Shown here: positions 1 through 9,769 of the stretch, one piece after another
Position numbering within the stretch: the stretch's first letter is position 1
How the letters are laid out: every line of letters starts with the position of its first letter
Source of the DNA: Candidatus Fervidifonticultor quintus
GTDB lineage: Bacteria; Sysuimicrobiota; Sysuimicrobiia; Sysuimicrobiales; Humicultoraceae
Assembly (NCBI GenBank): GCA_031459535.1
Contig: JAVKIJ010000014.1
Location: 1-47,055 of the forward strand
Direction of reading: 5' to 3'
DNA length: 47,055 nucleotides
Translations under genes and position numbers: made by a program
The notes under the pieces: model-generated
What the model was told of the DNA's origin: nothing
Seen by the model: the letters and a program-made list of their open reading frames with translations, nothing else
Database searches by the model: none

Positions 1-141
1 TGAGCACGGGATGATCCCGGCCCAAGAGCTTTCCTGGCCTGGTACTCGCTTCACAAGCAGGTCAGGTCTCATAGCATCTCATCTCGACGCCATTTCCGGG
101 ACGGGCTCCTAGCGGGATTCGGCGCCCGTTTCCGCTCTACA

Positions 142-1172
142 GCCAGCCACCCGATCGTGCATGGCTGGCTGAGGTGGTCGAGCGCACAGCCGGCGCGGTC
201 GTCCAGGCCGCCGAGCGCCTGTCTGTGGCTGACCTGACGGTCGCGGTGGGGCAGGAGACGACGATTGCGCGCAACCGGCGCCGACCCCACGGCCTAGTGG
301 ATCCCACAGTAACCGTCCTGCGGGCCGGACGCGGGGCCTTACCGGCAGCCTACTTCCTCCACTACGCCTGCCACCCGACGGTACTCGGGCCGGACAACCT
401 GCTCATCTCCCGCGACTACGTGGGCTTCGCGGTGGACGCCCTCGCGCGCGCAACGGGCGGGTGGACGATGTTCGCCAACGGCGCCTGCGCCGACATCAAC
501 GTGGGCCATTCGGCCGACCGCTCGGCACTCGGGCTGCCTAGCCCAGGTCGGACGTTCGAACGGGCAGAAGCCCTGGGACAGAGGCTGGCCGCCGAGGCCG
601 GCCGTGCGCTTGCGGACGCCCGGCCCGCCGTCGTCGGTGACGAGCAACGACGCACGCTGGCGGCCAACAGACGCGCAGTCCTGGTCCCGCTGCGGCCCGC
701 GCCTCGGCCGGAGGACGCTCGTCGGGCGGTGGCCTCGTGGCGCGAGAGGGTTCGAGCCCTCGAGCAGGCAGGGGCGGAGCTCGAGACCCAGCACGCCGCC
801 CGGCTGGAGCTCATGTATGCGGACCTGGCGCTCCAGTGGGTCGAGTCACGAAGCGACGCACAGACCGAGGCCGCCGAGGTCCTGGCCCTGGCCATCGGTG
901 ACGTGGCGCTCGTGGCGCTGCCCGGTGAGTTCTTCGCGGAGTCGGGGCTGCGCCTGCGAGCCCAGTCTCCGTTTCCCTGCACGATTCCAGTGGGATACGC
1001 TGGCGGCGGGATCGGCTATGTGCCGCCTGCCGCGGCCTTCGAGGAAGGGGGCTACGAGACCCGACTGACGCCGTGGAGCCGGGTTGCCCCCGACGCCGAA
1101 GCCCGCATCCTGTCTGCCGCGATCGATATTCTCCACGCCCTGCGCCGCCAGCAGCGCGAGGGACCCGGGTAG
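142..1172 (+). pseudogene. Neutral/alkaline ceramidase-like hydrolase, N-terminally truncated or interrupted
   Basis: Motifs NRR..G.VDP, YACHPTVLG, ISRDY, NGACADIN, LPGEFF, GYVP..F.EGGYE. The frame is closed upstream by TAG at 72-74, and the N-terminal HTHSGP-type region is absent from all three + frames of 1-173. Confidence 0.65.
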
Positions 1173-1357
1173 TCGCCAAGGGTTCCCGTCCACCGTCGAA
1201 GCAGCCGGCACGGCAGGAGGAGGGCCCCTCCGGGAGAATCTAGATGGAGCACCGGAGCGCTACGACATCGACGGCGCACTTCCGGACTGGCCGATGCGCC
1301 AGCCTCGTCCTCCGCGTCATGGGGACGTGTTCGCAACGCCTCCGAACGGAGTGTCTG

Positions 1358-2005
1358 ATGCGGGCGATTTGGCTAGGGTCCTTCATCACCGATACCGTCT
1401 ACCTGGCAGCCGGCGCCTGGACGGGCGGGTTCGTGGGGTCGTCCCTGCAGAAGGCGCTGGCCAGGCGGCGCTACGGCGCGCTGGCCTCGCACTACGACGC
1501 CGACGTCATTCCCCAGCCCGGGTACTTCGCGCCGCTACACGCGGCCCTCGACCGGCTCCCCGAACCGCCCGCATCCACCCTGGACGTCAGCACCGGGACC
1601 GGCGCGGTGGTGCAGACCGTAAAGCGCCGCTTCCCAACCTGCCGCGCGGTCGGCGTTGACCTCTCGCCCGCCATGCTGGCCCAGGCGGTGCACAATGCGG
1701 GCGCCGCGGGCCAGGCGATCCGGTTCGCCTCGGCCGATGCCGCGCGGCTGCCGTTCGCCTCGGGCACGTTCGACCTGGTGACGGTGCAGAACGCCTTCCC
1801 GGTGCCGCGCGAGATGGTCCGGGTGACCCGTCCGGGCGGGTGGGTGATCCTGTGCTACTCCGCCGGCGGCCCGGTCCTGCCCTGGATCGTGCAGTCGCTG
1901 GTCGGGCAGCTGCGCGGGTTGGGCTGCCAGCCCGTGGAGACCCGGCAGGTGCAGGCGGGCAGGTACTTCCTGGCCCGGCGCGCGCCGGCCGCTGTGGGCG
2001 CATGA
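1358..2005 (+). CDS. Class I SAM-dependent methyltransferase
   Basis: Motif I-like LDVSTGTG, GVDLSPAML, ADAARLPF..GTFDLV, RVTRPGG. ATG 1358 follows GGAG, so it is preferred over the ORF-track start at 1244. Confidence 0.85.
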   Translation: MRAIWLGSFITDTVYLAAGAWTGGFVGSSLQKALARRRYGALASHYDADVIPQPGYFAPLHAALDRLPEPPASTLDVSTGTGAVVQTVKRRFPTCRAVGVDLSPAMLAQAVHNAGAAGQAIRFASADAARLPFASGTFDLVTVQNAFPVPREMVRVTRPGGWVILCYSAGGPVLPWIVQSLVGQLRGLGCQPVETRQVQAGRYFLARRAPAAVGA

Positions 2006-3576
2006 GCGTCTCCTGCGTGATTGCCGCCTACAATGAGGAGCGCACCATCGGCTCCGTCATCGCAGCAGTGCGGCTGGTCCCCGAGGTCTCGGAGATCATC
2101 GTGGTCTCCGACGGGTCGAGCGACGCGACCGCCGAGGCCGCCGCAGCCGCAGGGGCCGACCTCATCGTTCAGTTGCCCAGGAACCTGGGCAAGGGCGGGG
2201 CGATCATGGCCGGCGCCCGGCGGGCGAGCGCACCGGTCCTGCTGCTGCTCGACGCGGATCTGCAGCAGTTGAAGCCGGACGAGATCAGCGCGCTGATCGC
2301 ACCGGTGCTGCACGACCACGCCAACATGGCGGTGGGTGTGCTGGCCGAAGATCTGGTGCAGACCGTGCTCCCGTCGCTCTCAGGCCTGCGGGTCGTCCGG
2401 CGCGACGCGCTGCTCTCGAGGCCCGACCTGGCGGCGACACGGTATGGCTTCGAGATGGCGCTGACCGAGATGGCGCGCAGCCTCCGGTGGAAGGTGGCGC
2501 GGGTGCCCTTCACCGGGGTCCTCCACCTGCGCAAGGACCAGAAGTACGATCTCGTCCAGGCCTATCGAGGCAAGGTGGGCATGACGCTGGACCTGCTGGG
2601 CCTGCGTCGCCGACGTCGCAACGGCGTCGCGCGACCCCCCTCGCGCGTACTGGTCCTGACTGGCCTGGTGGCGGTGATGGCCTACTTGAGCATCGGCACA
2701 TTCTCGGCAAAGCCTGCCGTCGGCAGTGCCCTCGATCTGTTCCCCGAGCCCTCGGCAGGCGAGCGCTACCTGATCTTTGCGGCGCACGCCGATGACGAGC
2801 TGCTCGCCGCGGGCGGGCTGATGCAGCGGGCGATCGGCGTCGGCGCAGAGGTCTGGGTCGTGTTCGCCACCAACGGTGACGCCAACCGGCTAGCCGCCTC
2901 GATCGAGGGCAAGCGGCTGCTCCCGCGACCCAGAGACTTCATCGCCGAGGGCGAGCTGCGGCAGCAGGAAGCCCGCCGTGTCCTCCAACACCTGGGTGTG
3001 CCGCCGGAGCGCATCGTCTTCCTCGGATACCCGGACCGGGGCCTGCTGGCCCTGGCGTCGATCCGGCGAGATGCGTCCAGACCCTACGTCTCTCCATTCA
3101 CCAAGGCCTCGGCGTCACCGTACCGCCTGACGTTCAGGCCGCGCGCCGCCTACACCGGCACCGACCTCCTGCGCGACCTGGAGGCTGTCATGTTGCTGGT
3201 GCGCCCGACGGTGGTCCTGGCGCACCACCACAAGGACCGCCACAGCGATCACCAGGCCCTCAATCTGCTCGTGCGCGAGACGATCCGTACGCTCGACCAG
3301 CAACACCGGCTGCCCCGGCCGCGTCTGTTCACCTACCTGGTCCACGCGTGGGACTACCCTCGCCCGCTCCGCTACGCGCCCGAGCTGCCCCTGCTGCCGC
3401 CGAAGTCGCTGCGGGGCGAACATCACTGGGTCCGGTTCGACCTGACCTCGGAGGAACTGGCAACGAAACAGGCGGCGATGGCTGAGTACCGTACCCAGCT
3501 CGACAGCCCCTACCTGCGCCTGCTGATGCGCAGCTTCCTGCGGCAGAACGAACTGTTCGCCGCAACCGAGCCCTGA
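2002..3576 (+). CDS. Fusion of GT2 glycosyltransferase, TM segment and PIG-L/LmbE-family deacetylase
   Basis: VIAAYNEE, DGSSD, NLGKGGA, DAD (GT-A DxD); hydrophobic VLVLTGLVAVMAYLSIG; AAHADDE, RQQEA, LGYPD, HSDH (PIG-L Zn motifs). ATGA overlap with the upstream stop. Confidence 0.85.
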   Translation: MSVSCVIAAYNEERTIGSVIAAVRLVPEVSEIIVVSDGSSDATAEAAAAAGADLIVQLPRNLGKGGAIMAGARRASAPVLLLLDADLQQLKPDEISALIAPVLHDHANMAVGVLAEDLVQTVLPSLSGLRVVRRDALLSRPDLAATRYGFEMALTEMARSLRWKVARVPFTGVLHLRKDQKYDLVQAYRGKVGMTLDLLGLRRRRRNGVARPPSRVLVLTGLVAVMAYLSIGTFSAKPAVGSALDLFPEPSAGERYLIFAAHADDELLAAGGLMQRAIGVGAEVWVVFATNGDANRLAASIEGKRLLPRPRDFIAEGELRQQEARRVLQHLGVPPERIVFLGYPDRGLLALASIRRDASRPYVSPFTKASASPYRLTFRPRAAYTGTDLLRDLEAVMLLVRPTVVLAHHHKDRHSDHQALNLLVRETIRTLDQQHRLPRPRLFTYLVHAWDYPRPLRYAPELPLLPPKSLRGEHHWVRFDLTSEELATKQAAMAEYRTQLDSPYLRLLMRSFLRQNELFAATEP

Positions 3577-4526
3577 GTCACCGCGGCGCGGACCGCAGTG
3601 ATGCCCACGCGGCGGCGAGCCGCTCGCGGAGGGGATACGCCCAGGTCACCGCGGCCGCGATCCTGTGGGGGACGATCGGCCTGGCGGCGCGCCGCCTCTT
3701 CGCCGCCGGCCTCACGCCCCTCGACGCGGCGATCTGGCGGGCGGCCGGCGCGTTCATCCTGTTGTGTGCCTTCGGCCTCATCGCCGACCGGCCCGGGCTC
3801 CGCATCGCTGTGCGCGACCTGCCGCTGCTGGCGGCCTACAGCGCGGTGAGCGTTGCGGGGTTCATGACCATCTACTTCACAGCCATCGACCTGACGACCG
3901 TGGCCACGGCAGCTGTGTTGCTCTACACGGCGCCTGCGTGGGTCGTGGTGCTGGCACGCGTGGTCTTCGGCGAGCCGATCACCCCCATGAAGACGGTGGC
4001 TGTGGCGCTGACCTTCCTCGGGTGCGTGTTGGTCGTGGGCGCAGCGGACTCCGCTGCGGTTCGCCTGACACGCGCGGGATTGCTGGCCGGTCTGGGCGCC
4101 GGGTTCACCTACGCGCTCTACAGCATCCTGGGCAAGACGGCCCTCAGGCGGCTCCGGCCCCAGACGACCGTGATCTACACCCTCGGGCTCGGCGCCCTGG
4201 TCCTCGCCGTCATCGCCCGCAGGCTCCCCCCTCTTCCGTCGCAGAGCCTGGCACCGCTTGGCTACACCATCATCTTCCCCACCGCGCTGGCCTATCTACT
4301 CTATATCCACGGGCTGCGGTGGGTCGAGGCCGGGCGGGCCGCCGTGGTCGCCACGCTGGAGCCGGTGGTCGCGGTGGCTGCCGGCGCCCTGGTGCTGCAA
4401 GAGCCGTTCGGGCCGTTGCAGTGGATCGGCGCGGCGCTGGTGCTCGCCGGTGTGGTGCTCGTCCAGGGCGAGCGGAGCCTCAGCGCAGCCGCAGGGTCGC
4501 GACCGCCAGAATCGCCCCCACCGTGA
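3573..4526 (+). CDS. EamA/DMT-family transporter
   Basis: About 10 TM segments, AAILWGTIG, LLYTAP, LEPVVA. The open frame extends upstream of the track start (3762) to a CTG overlapping the previous TGA. Start is uncertain. Confidence 0.8.
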   Translation: MSHRGADRSDAHAAASRSRRGYAQVTAAAILWGTIGLAARRLFAAGLTPLDAAIWRAAGAFILLCAFGLIADRPGLRIAVRDLPLLAAYSAVSVAGFMTIYFTAIDLTTVATAAVLLYTAPAWVVVLARVVFGEPITPMKTVAVALTFLGCVLVVGAADSAAVRLTRAGLLAGLGAGFTYALYSILGKTALRRLRPQTTVIYTLGLGALVLAVIARRLPPLPSQSLAPLGYTIIFPTALAYLLYIHGLRWVEAGRAAVVATLEPVVAVAAGALVLQEPFGPLQWIGAALVLAGVVLVQGERSLSAAAGSRPPESPPP

Positions 4527-5664
4527 TCGCAGCGGCGCTGGCCAGGAAGGGCGCGCGCGGGCCCGCCGCATCCCACAGAAAGCCGCCGAGCAACGGTCCG
4601 AGCACGATGCCCAGCCCCTGCACGGTCTCCGAGGCGCCGATCGCCAGGCCCAGCCGACCGGGCGGCGCCATCTCCGAGACGAGAGCGAGCCACGCCGGGA
4701 ACACCAGCGCATACCCGATACCCAGCAGCAGTCCGGCGAGAATCAACCCGCCCAGGCGGCTGCTGATCGGGATCAGCCACATCCCCAGCGCACCGCAGAT
4801 CATCCCTATCTTGACGACTGCGGGTTTCCCGGCCCGGTCGGCGAGCTTCCCGGTCAGGATCGTGGCCACCGCCACCGCCGCCACGACCACCAAGAACACG
4901 GCGCCAATGGCGTGCTCGCTCAACCCGACGACCTGCTTGGCATAGATCGCGGCGATCGGCACGAGCATGCCCACGCCGAACATCTGCACGAACGCCACCA
5001 GGTACAGGCTGAACAGCTGGGGCGACGCCTGGAAACTCTCGGCCATCGCGCTCAGATAGGTCGCCCGCACATTGCCACGATAGCCTCCGGGTGGGTCCAG
5101 GAGGCCGTGATCCTTCAAGACGAGGGTCAGGCTCAGCATCGCGGCCAGCAGCAGCAGTCCGCTGGCCAGGTAGAACCCGGCGCGGGTATCACCCGCGAAG
5201 CCCGCGACGAACAGACCCAGGGAGGGTCCGCCGGCAACGCCGGCCAGAAAGGCCACGTTCAACAGCCCCATGCCGGTGGCCCGGCGATCCGGCGTCGTCA
5301 CGTCGGCGACCGCGGCAGCCGCGGCGGGCCACAGGGCCGCGGAGCCCATCCCGTCCACGAGGCGCAGGGGCACAAAGAGGATCGGCGCCCGCAGCACCGT
5401 CATGACCAGCGGCGCAACGGCGCTGAGCACCAGGCCGACCACCATGACCGGCTTGCGGCCAAGCCGATCTGCCAGCCCTCCCCACGCGGTCTTGAAGAAC
5501 GTCTCGACCAGGGCAAACGTGGCGACCACCAGCCCCACGAGCTTCACGCTGGCACCCAGGCGTTCGGTCAGGTGCAGCGGCAGCAGCGGGATGACTGTTG
5601 CAAATCCCAACTGGGCAATGGCGACGACAATGGCGACCCGCCAGAGAGCCCGACGGTCGTTCAA
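4480..5664 (-). CDS. MFS transporter (DHA1-like)
   Basis: About 12 TM segments, motif A GGLADRLGRK repeated as GKLADRAGK; TTGA overlap with the gatD stop. Confidence 0.88.
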   Translation of the reverse strand: MNDRRALWRVAIVVAIAQLGFATVIPLLPLHLTERLGASVKLVGLVVATFALVETFFKTAWGGLADRLGRKPVMVVGLVLSAVAPLVMTVLRAPILFVPLRLVDGMGSAALWPAAAAAVADVTTPDRRATGMGLLNVAFLAGVAGGPSLGLFVAGFAGDTRAGFYLASGLLLLAAMLSLTLVLKDHGLLDPPGGYRGNVRATYLSAMAESFQASPQLFSLYLVAFVQMFGVGMLVPIAAIYAKQVVGLSEHAIGAVFLVVVAAVAVATILTGKLADRAGKPAVVKIGMICGALGMWLIPISSRLGGLILAGLLLGIGYALVFPAWLALVSEMAPPGRLGLAIGASETVQGLGIVLGPLLGGFLWDAAGPRAPFLASAAAITVGAILAVATLRLR

Positions 5665-6452
5665 CGGGCCCTCTCCACAGGTGCCATGGACATGGATCTG
5701 GGGCGCTGGCGCACCGGCGCCGCGCCGGCGCGCCGGGCCGCCGCTCGGGCGGCGCGCTGCTCTTCATCGTCGGGCAGCGGTGCGAGCGCCACGGAGCCGT
5801 AGCGGCGCCGCAGCGCTGCGCCGATCAGCAGGTCGGCGAACCACGCGTTCTTCGGCAGCAGCGGGCCGTGCAGGTACGTGCCGTAGACGGCCCGCCAGAC
5901 GGCTCCCTCGGTACCGTCCTCGCCGTTATTGCCGAAACCTGTTGCGACGCGGCCCAGGGGTCTGGCACCCGGCCCCAGGCGCGTCCGGCCGCCGTGATTC
6001 TCGAACCCGACCAGCATCTGGCCCGATTCCATCTCGTGGATGACGATGTTGCCGATCAGCCGCTTCGCCCCGGGACCGGGGTGCACCGTGTGGAGGTCGA
6101 GGAGGCCCAGGCCTTCCAGATCCGGGCCGTCGGCAGGCCGGTAGTAGTGCCCAAGCAGCTGGTACCCTCCACAGACCCCTAGCACCGCGGCGCCCGTCTC
6201 TGCCGCGTCGCGCAGCGAGGGGCCCTTGATCCGCACCAGGTCCGGCGCGGCCAGCCGCTGCTGGCGATCCTCACCGCCACCGATGAAGTACAAATCGCTG
6301 GCGCGCGGGTCCACGGGATCACCCAGGCGCGCTTCGACCAGGCGCACCGTGATCCCGCGCCACTGGGCCCGGCACACCAGGGTGGCGATGTTCCCGCGAT
6401 CGCCGTAGAGGTTGAGGAGGTCGGGGTAGAGGTGGCAGATCCGCAGCTCCAT
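5661..6452 (-). CDS. gatD: Lipid II isoglutaminyl synthase, glutaminase subunit (CobB/CobQ-like GATase)
   Basis: LYPDLLNLYGDRGN, GVCGGYQLLG (catalytic Cys), GFENHGG, TYLHGPLL; directly downstream of murT. Confidence 0.92.
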   Translation of the reverse strand: MELRICHLYPDLLNLYGDRGNIATLVCRAQWRGITVRLVEARLGDPVDPRASDLYFIGGGEDRQQRLAAPDLVRIKGPSLRDAAETGAAVLGVCGGYQLLGHYYRPADGPDLEGLGLLDLHTVHPGPGAKRLIGNIVIHEMESGQMLVGFENHGGRTRLGPGARPLGRVATGFGNNGEDGTEGAVWRAVYGTYLHGPLLPKNAWFADLLIGAALRRRYGSVALAPLPDDEEQRAARAAARRAGAAPVRQRPRSMSMAPVERAR

Positions 6453-6455
6453 GGC

Positions 6456-7847
6456 CTACTGCTTCCAGAACCCGCGTACGTACCCCTGGCGGGAGAGCAG
6501 GGCGCGCAGGCGGAGCATGGCCGTGTAGGTGGGCAGCACGTAGAGCCGCTCGCCATCGCGCAGCCAGCCCAGCCCGCGCTCCAGCGCCTGCCACCAGTCC
6601 TTCTCCATCACGCAGCGGTCGGCGGGCACGCCCGCATACTTCAGGCGCAGGGCCATGTCCTCGGCGCGCTGTCCGGTCACCACCACGGCGCGCGCGCGAT
6701 CCCGCAACACCTCGAAGTCCACGTCCCACAGCCACGAGATGTCCCGGCCGTCGGCGATCAAGTCGTTGATGGCAATGAGCACCACGGGCGCGGCCTCGGC
6801 CAGCAGCACGGTGCGCAGCACCTCGTTGAATCCCGCGGGGTTCTTGGCCAGCAGGAACAGGATCTCGCGGCCAGCGATGGCCACGCGCTCACCCCGTCCG
6901 AACGCCGGCGCGGTGGCTGTGATGCCGCGGACGATGGTCGGGGGAGAAACGCCCGCCGCCAGAGCGGCCGCAGCCGCAGCGGTCACGTCGTACACGTTGT
7001 AGAGCCCCGGTAGCACCGTGTCCACGTCGAACGACCCCCCCTCGGCGCTGACGGTCAGGCGGGCGCCGTCGGCGCCGCGCAGCCGGATTCGGGAGGCGCG
7101 CACCTGTGGTGCCGGCCGGGTCGTGCCGCACTGCGGGCAGCGATAGTGCCCCATGTGTCCCAGCGTGACCAGCGTGTATTCGTACAGCCGGCCGCAGCGG
7201 TAGCAGTAGCGCGCGTCCGCCGCATGCTCCAGCGTGTGGGCGTCGTGGCCGTGCTCGGGCGCCTCCTCCAGCCCGAAGACCAGCGTGCGGCCGCCGTGGC
7301 TCGACCCCACCTCGGCCACCATGGGGTCGTCGGCGTTGTAGACAACGACCGCGTCCGGCGGCAGCGCCCCCAGCGCCCGGCGCCAGCGTTCGGCGATGAT
7401 GTCGATCTCTCCGTACCGGTCGAGCTGGTCCCGAAAGAGGTTGAGCAGCACGACCACCGACGGCCGGGCGGCCGCCACCGCCGCTGGGAGCGTGAACTCG
7501 TCCACTTCGAAGAGGCCCACGTCTGCGCGCGGTCGGCCGCCCAGGGTGCTGCGCTCCACCAGGGCCGAGGCGATGCCCGAGAGCAGGTTGGCGCCCGCGC
7601 GGTTGTGAATGGAAACCAGCCCGGCGGCGCCGAGGATGCCGCCAAGGAGCCGCGCCGTGGTGGTCTTGCCATTGGTTCCGGACACGAGCAAGACCCCCCG
7701 CGGGAGGCGAGCGACGAGCCGCCCGACGAGGCCGGGGGAGACGGCCATGGCCAGACGGCCGGGCAGGGTGGTCCCCCCACCGGCACGCAGCACACGGCTT
7801 GCCGCAGCAGCAAGCCGGGCCGCGGTGATCGCCACGGTGTCACGCAT
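6456..7847 (-). CDS. murT: Lipid II isoglutaminyl synthase, MurT subunit (Mur ligase + DUF1727)
   Basis: SGTNGKTTT, GANLLSGI, EVDE, LNLFRDQLDRYGE, CYRC..CPQC zinc finger, KNPAG, DGRDISWLWD, PTYTAML. Confidence 0.93.
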   Translation of the reverse strand: MRDTVAITAARLAAAASRVLRAGGGTTLPGRLAMAVSPGLVGRLVARLPRGVLLVSGTNGKTTTARLLGGILGAAGLVSIHNRAGANLLSGIASALVERSTLGGRPRADVGLFEVDEFTLPAAVAAARPSVVVLLNLFRDQLDRYGEIDIIAERWRRALGALPPDAVVVYNADDPMVAEVGSSHGGRTLVFGLEEAPEHGHDAHTLEHAADARYCYRCGRLYEYTLVTLGHMGHYRCPQCGTTRPAPQVRASRIRLRGADGARLTVSAEGGSFDVDTVLPGLYNVYDVTAAAAAALAAGVSPPTIVRGITATAPAFGRGERVAIAGREILFLLAKNPAGFNEVLRTVLLAEAAPVVLIAINDLIADGRDISWLWDVDFEVLRDRARAVVVTGQRAEDMALRLKYAGVPADRCVMEKDWWQALERGLGWLRDGERLYVLPTYTAMLRLRALLSRQGYVRGFWKQ

Positions 7848-7882
7848 GGGCCTGGGCTGTGGGACGGAGGCCGATGGCCGGT

Positions 7883-8788
7883 TTAGAAGCGGCGGGCTCC
7901 CAGGTAGCGCGGCGCGTAGTAGTCATGGGTCATCGAGGTGACCAGCACCCCTCCCGCGCCCGACGACGAATGGATAAAGCGGCCGTCGCCCAGGTAGATG
8001 CCCGCATGCGACGGGCCAGGTCTGACCGTCTGGAAGAACACCAGGTCGCCCGCGCGCAGCTGCTGCCGGGGCACCGGGACACCGGCATCGTACATGTCGA
8101 ATGTGGTCCGCGGCAACGCCACGCCCATGCGGCCGTACACGTAGTACAGGAAACCCGAGCAGTCGAAGCCGGTCGGTGAGGTGCCTCCCCAGCGGTACCG
8201 CACGCCCAGATACCGCCTCGACAGCGCCAGCAGACGGTTGGTCCAGGCCTGGCCCCGCGAGGGGAGGGCCGCCAGGCGGCCGCGCAGGGCGCTGGCGGCA
8301 GGCGCCCGTGCCGCCCCGCCGGGCGGCGCGGGCGTGCCGGGCGGGGGTACCTTCAGGGTCCTCCCGATCGTGAGGATGTCGTCCGGCGACATGGCGTTGA
8401 GCGTCGCGATGCGCTCCGGGCTGATCCCATGACGCCGGGCGATCCCCCACAGCGTGTCACCGGAGCGCACGCGGTACGTGAGGAACACCGCGGCCGGCAC
8501 GCGGCGGCCCGGCGACGCGCCCGAGGCTCCGACCGGGTACCTCTCGTGCGCCGCCGGCACGCGCAGAATCTGCCCGATGGCCAGCGTATCCTCCAGCGCA
8601 ATGCCGTTGGCCGCGGCCAGCGCCTCCGGACGCGTGCCATACCGGCGGGCGATGCTCCAGAGCGTGTCACCCTGCCGAACCGTGTATCGCTGTCCTGATG
8701 ACTGGTGCGCCGGTGACGCCGCGGCGGGGACGGCCGTGATCAGCACGAGCGACACGACGACGAGCACCGGGCCTGCCATACCCCGCAC
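7883..8788 (-). CDS. Secreted peptidoglycan endopeptidase with two LysM domains and an NlpC/P60 domain
   Basis: Two LysM repeats (YTVRQGDTLWSIA, YRVRSGDTLWGIA); YRWGG..GFDCSG and SHAGIYLG..FIHSS; signal peptide; GGAGG before GTG 8788. Confidence 0.92.
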   Translation of the reverse strand: MRGMAGPVLVVVSLVLITAVPAAASPAHQSSGQRYTVRQGDTLWSIARRYGTRPEALAAANGIALEDTLAIGQILRVPAAHERYPVGASGASPGRRVPAAVFLTYRVRSGDTLWGIARRHGISPERIATLNAMSPDDILTIGRTLKVPPPGTPAPPGGAARAPAASALRGRLAALPSRGQAWTNRLLALSRRYLGVRYRWGGTSPTGFDCSGFLYYVYGRMGVALPRTTFDMYDAGVPVPRQQLRAGDLVFFQTVRPGPSHAGIYLGDGRFIHSSSGAGGVLVTSMTHDYYAPRYLGARRF

Positions 8789-8865
8789 GGACGCCTCCTG
8801 CAGAGTATTCCGGCCTACTCGCTTAACGGTATTCCCTTCGCCCGGCCCACGCAGTCTCCTCCCCA

Positions 8866-9747
8866 TCACATGTCGCGGAGCCTCCGGATGCGCTCCTCGA
8901 TGGGCGGGTGTGTGTCGAAGAGGGCGTTGACCCGCCCGCCCCACTCCCGCAGCGGGTTGACGATGTAGAGGTGGGCCGTGGCCTTGCTGGCGACCTCCAG
9001 GGGCTCGGGGTCGGCGCTGATCTTCTCCAGCGCGCTGGCTAGGCCCTCAGGATAACGGGTCAACATGGCGCCGGAGGCGTCTGCCAGGTACTCCCGGTTC
9101 CTGGAGATGGCCAGCCGCATCAACTGCGCGAACAGTGGGGCCAGGATCGCCAGGACGAGGCCGACCAGCACCATGAGCCCGCCCCCGCCGCGGCCCCGAT
9201 GACCGCGCCGTCGGCCCCAGAGCATGCTGCGCTGGAAGATGTCGCTGGCCAGCACAACCACACCCGTCAGAATGCTCACCAGGGTGGCCAGCCGAATGTC
9301 GTAGTTCTTGATGTGGGACATCTCGTGGGCAAGCACGCCCTCGAGTTCGAGGCGGTCGAGCTTCTCCACCAGGCCCGTGGTCACGGCGATGGCAGCGTGT
9401 GCGGGATCACGGCCGGTCGCGAAGGCGTTGGGCGCCGTATCGTCGATCAGGTAGACACGCGGCGGAGGGATCCCGGCGGCGATGGCCAGACCCTCGATGG
9501 TGTTGTAGAGGTACGGGTACTGCTCGCGGGGCGCCTCGCGGGCACGGCTGGCCGACAGAATGAGCCGATCGCTGTGGTAGTACGAGCCCCACGCGCCGGC
9601 GGCTGCCAGGACTGCTGCAACCACCACCGCGAGCGGGCCCAGTTCGAGCGCCCGGCCGAGGACATACCCCAGCGCCGCGACCACGAGCACGAAGGCCCCG
9701 ACCAGGAGTCGCGTCCCGCGGATGTTGCGTTCGACCGCCTCGTACAC
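8866..9747 (-). CDS. htpX: HtpX-type M48 zinc metalloprotease
   Basis: PNAFATG, LAHEMSH (HEXXH), SRNREYLADA, THPPIEERI; follows lemA. Confidence 0.9.
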   Translation of the reverse strand: MYEAVERNIRGTRLLVGAFVLVVAALGYVLGRALELGPLAVVVAAVLAAAGAWGSYYHSDRLILSASRAREAPREQYPYLYNTIEGLAIAAGIPPPRVYLIDDTAPNAFATGRDPAHAAIAVTTGLVEKLDRLELEGVLAHEMSHIKNYDIRLATLVSILTGVVVLASDIFQRSMLWGRRRGHRGRGGGGLMVLVGLVLAILAPLFAQLMRLAISRNREYLADASGAMLTRYPEGLASALEKISADPEPLEVASKATAHLYIVNPLREWGGRVNALFDTHPPIEERIRRLRDM

Positions 9748-9769
9748 GGATGCCTGAGATGCGCAACCG

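Noticed and set aside
1247-1332. tRNA (including tRNA-Sec) in the cloverleaf-like leader
   Set aside because: No TTCRA T-loop, no anticodon loop with TCA, and no CCA end.
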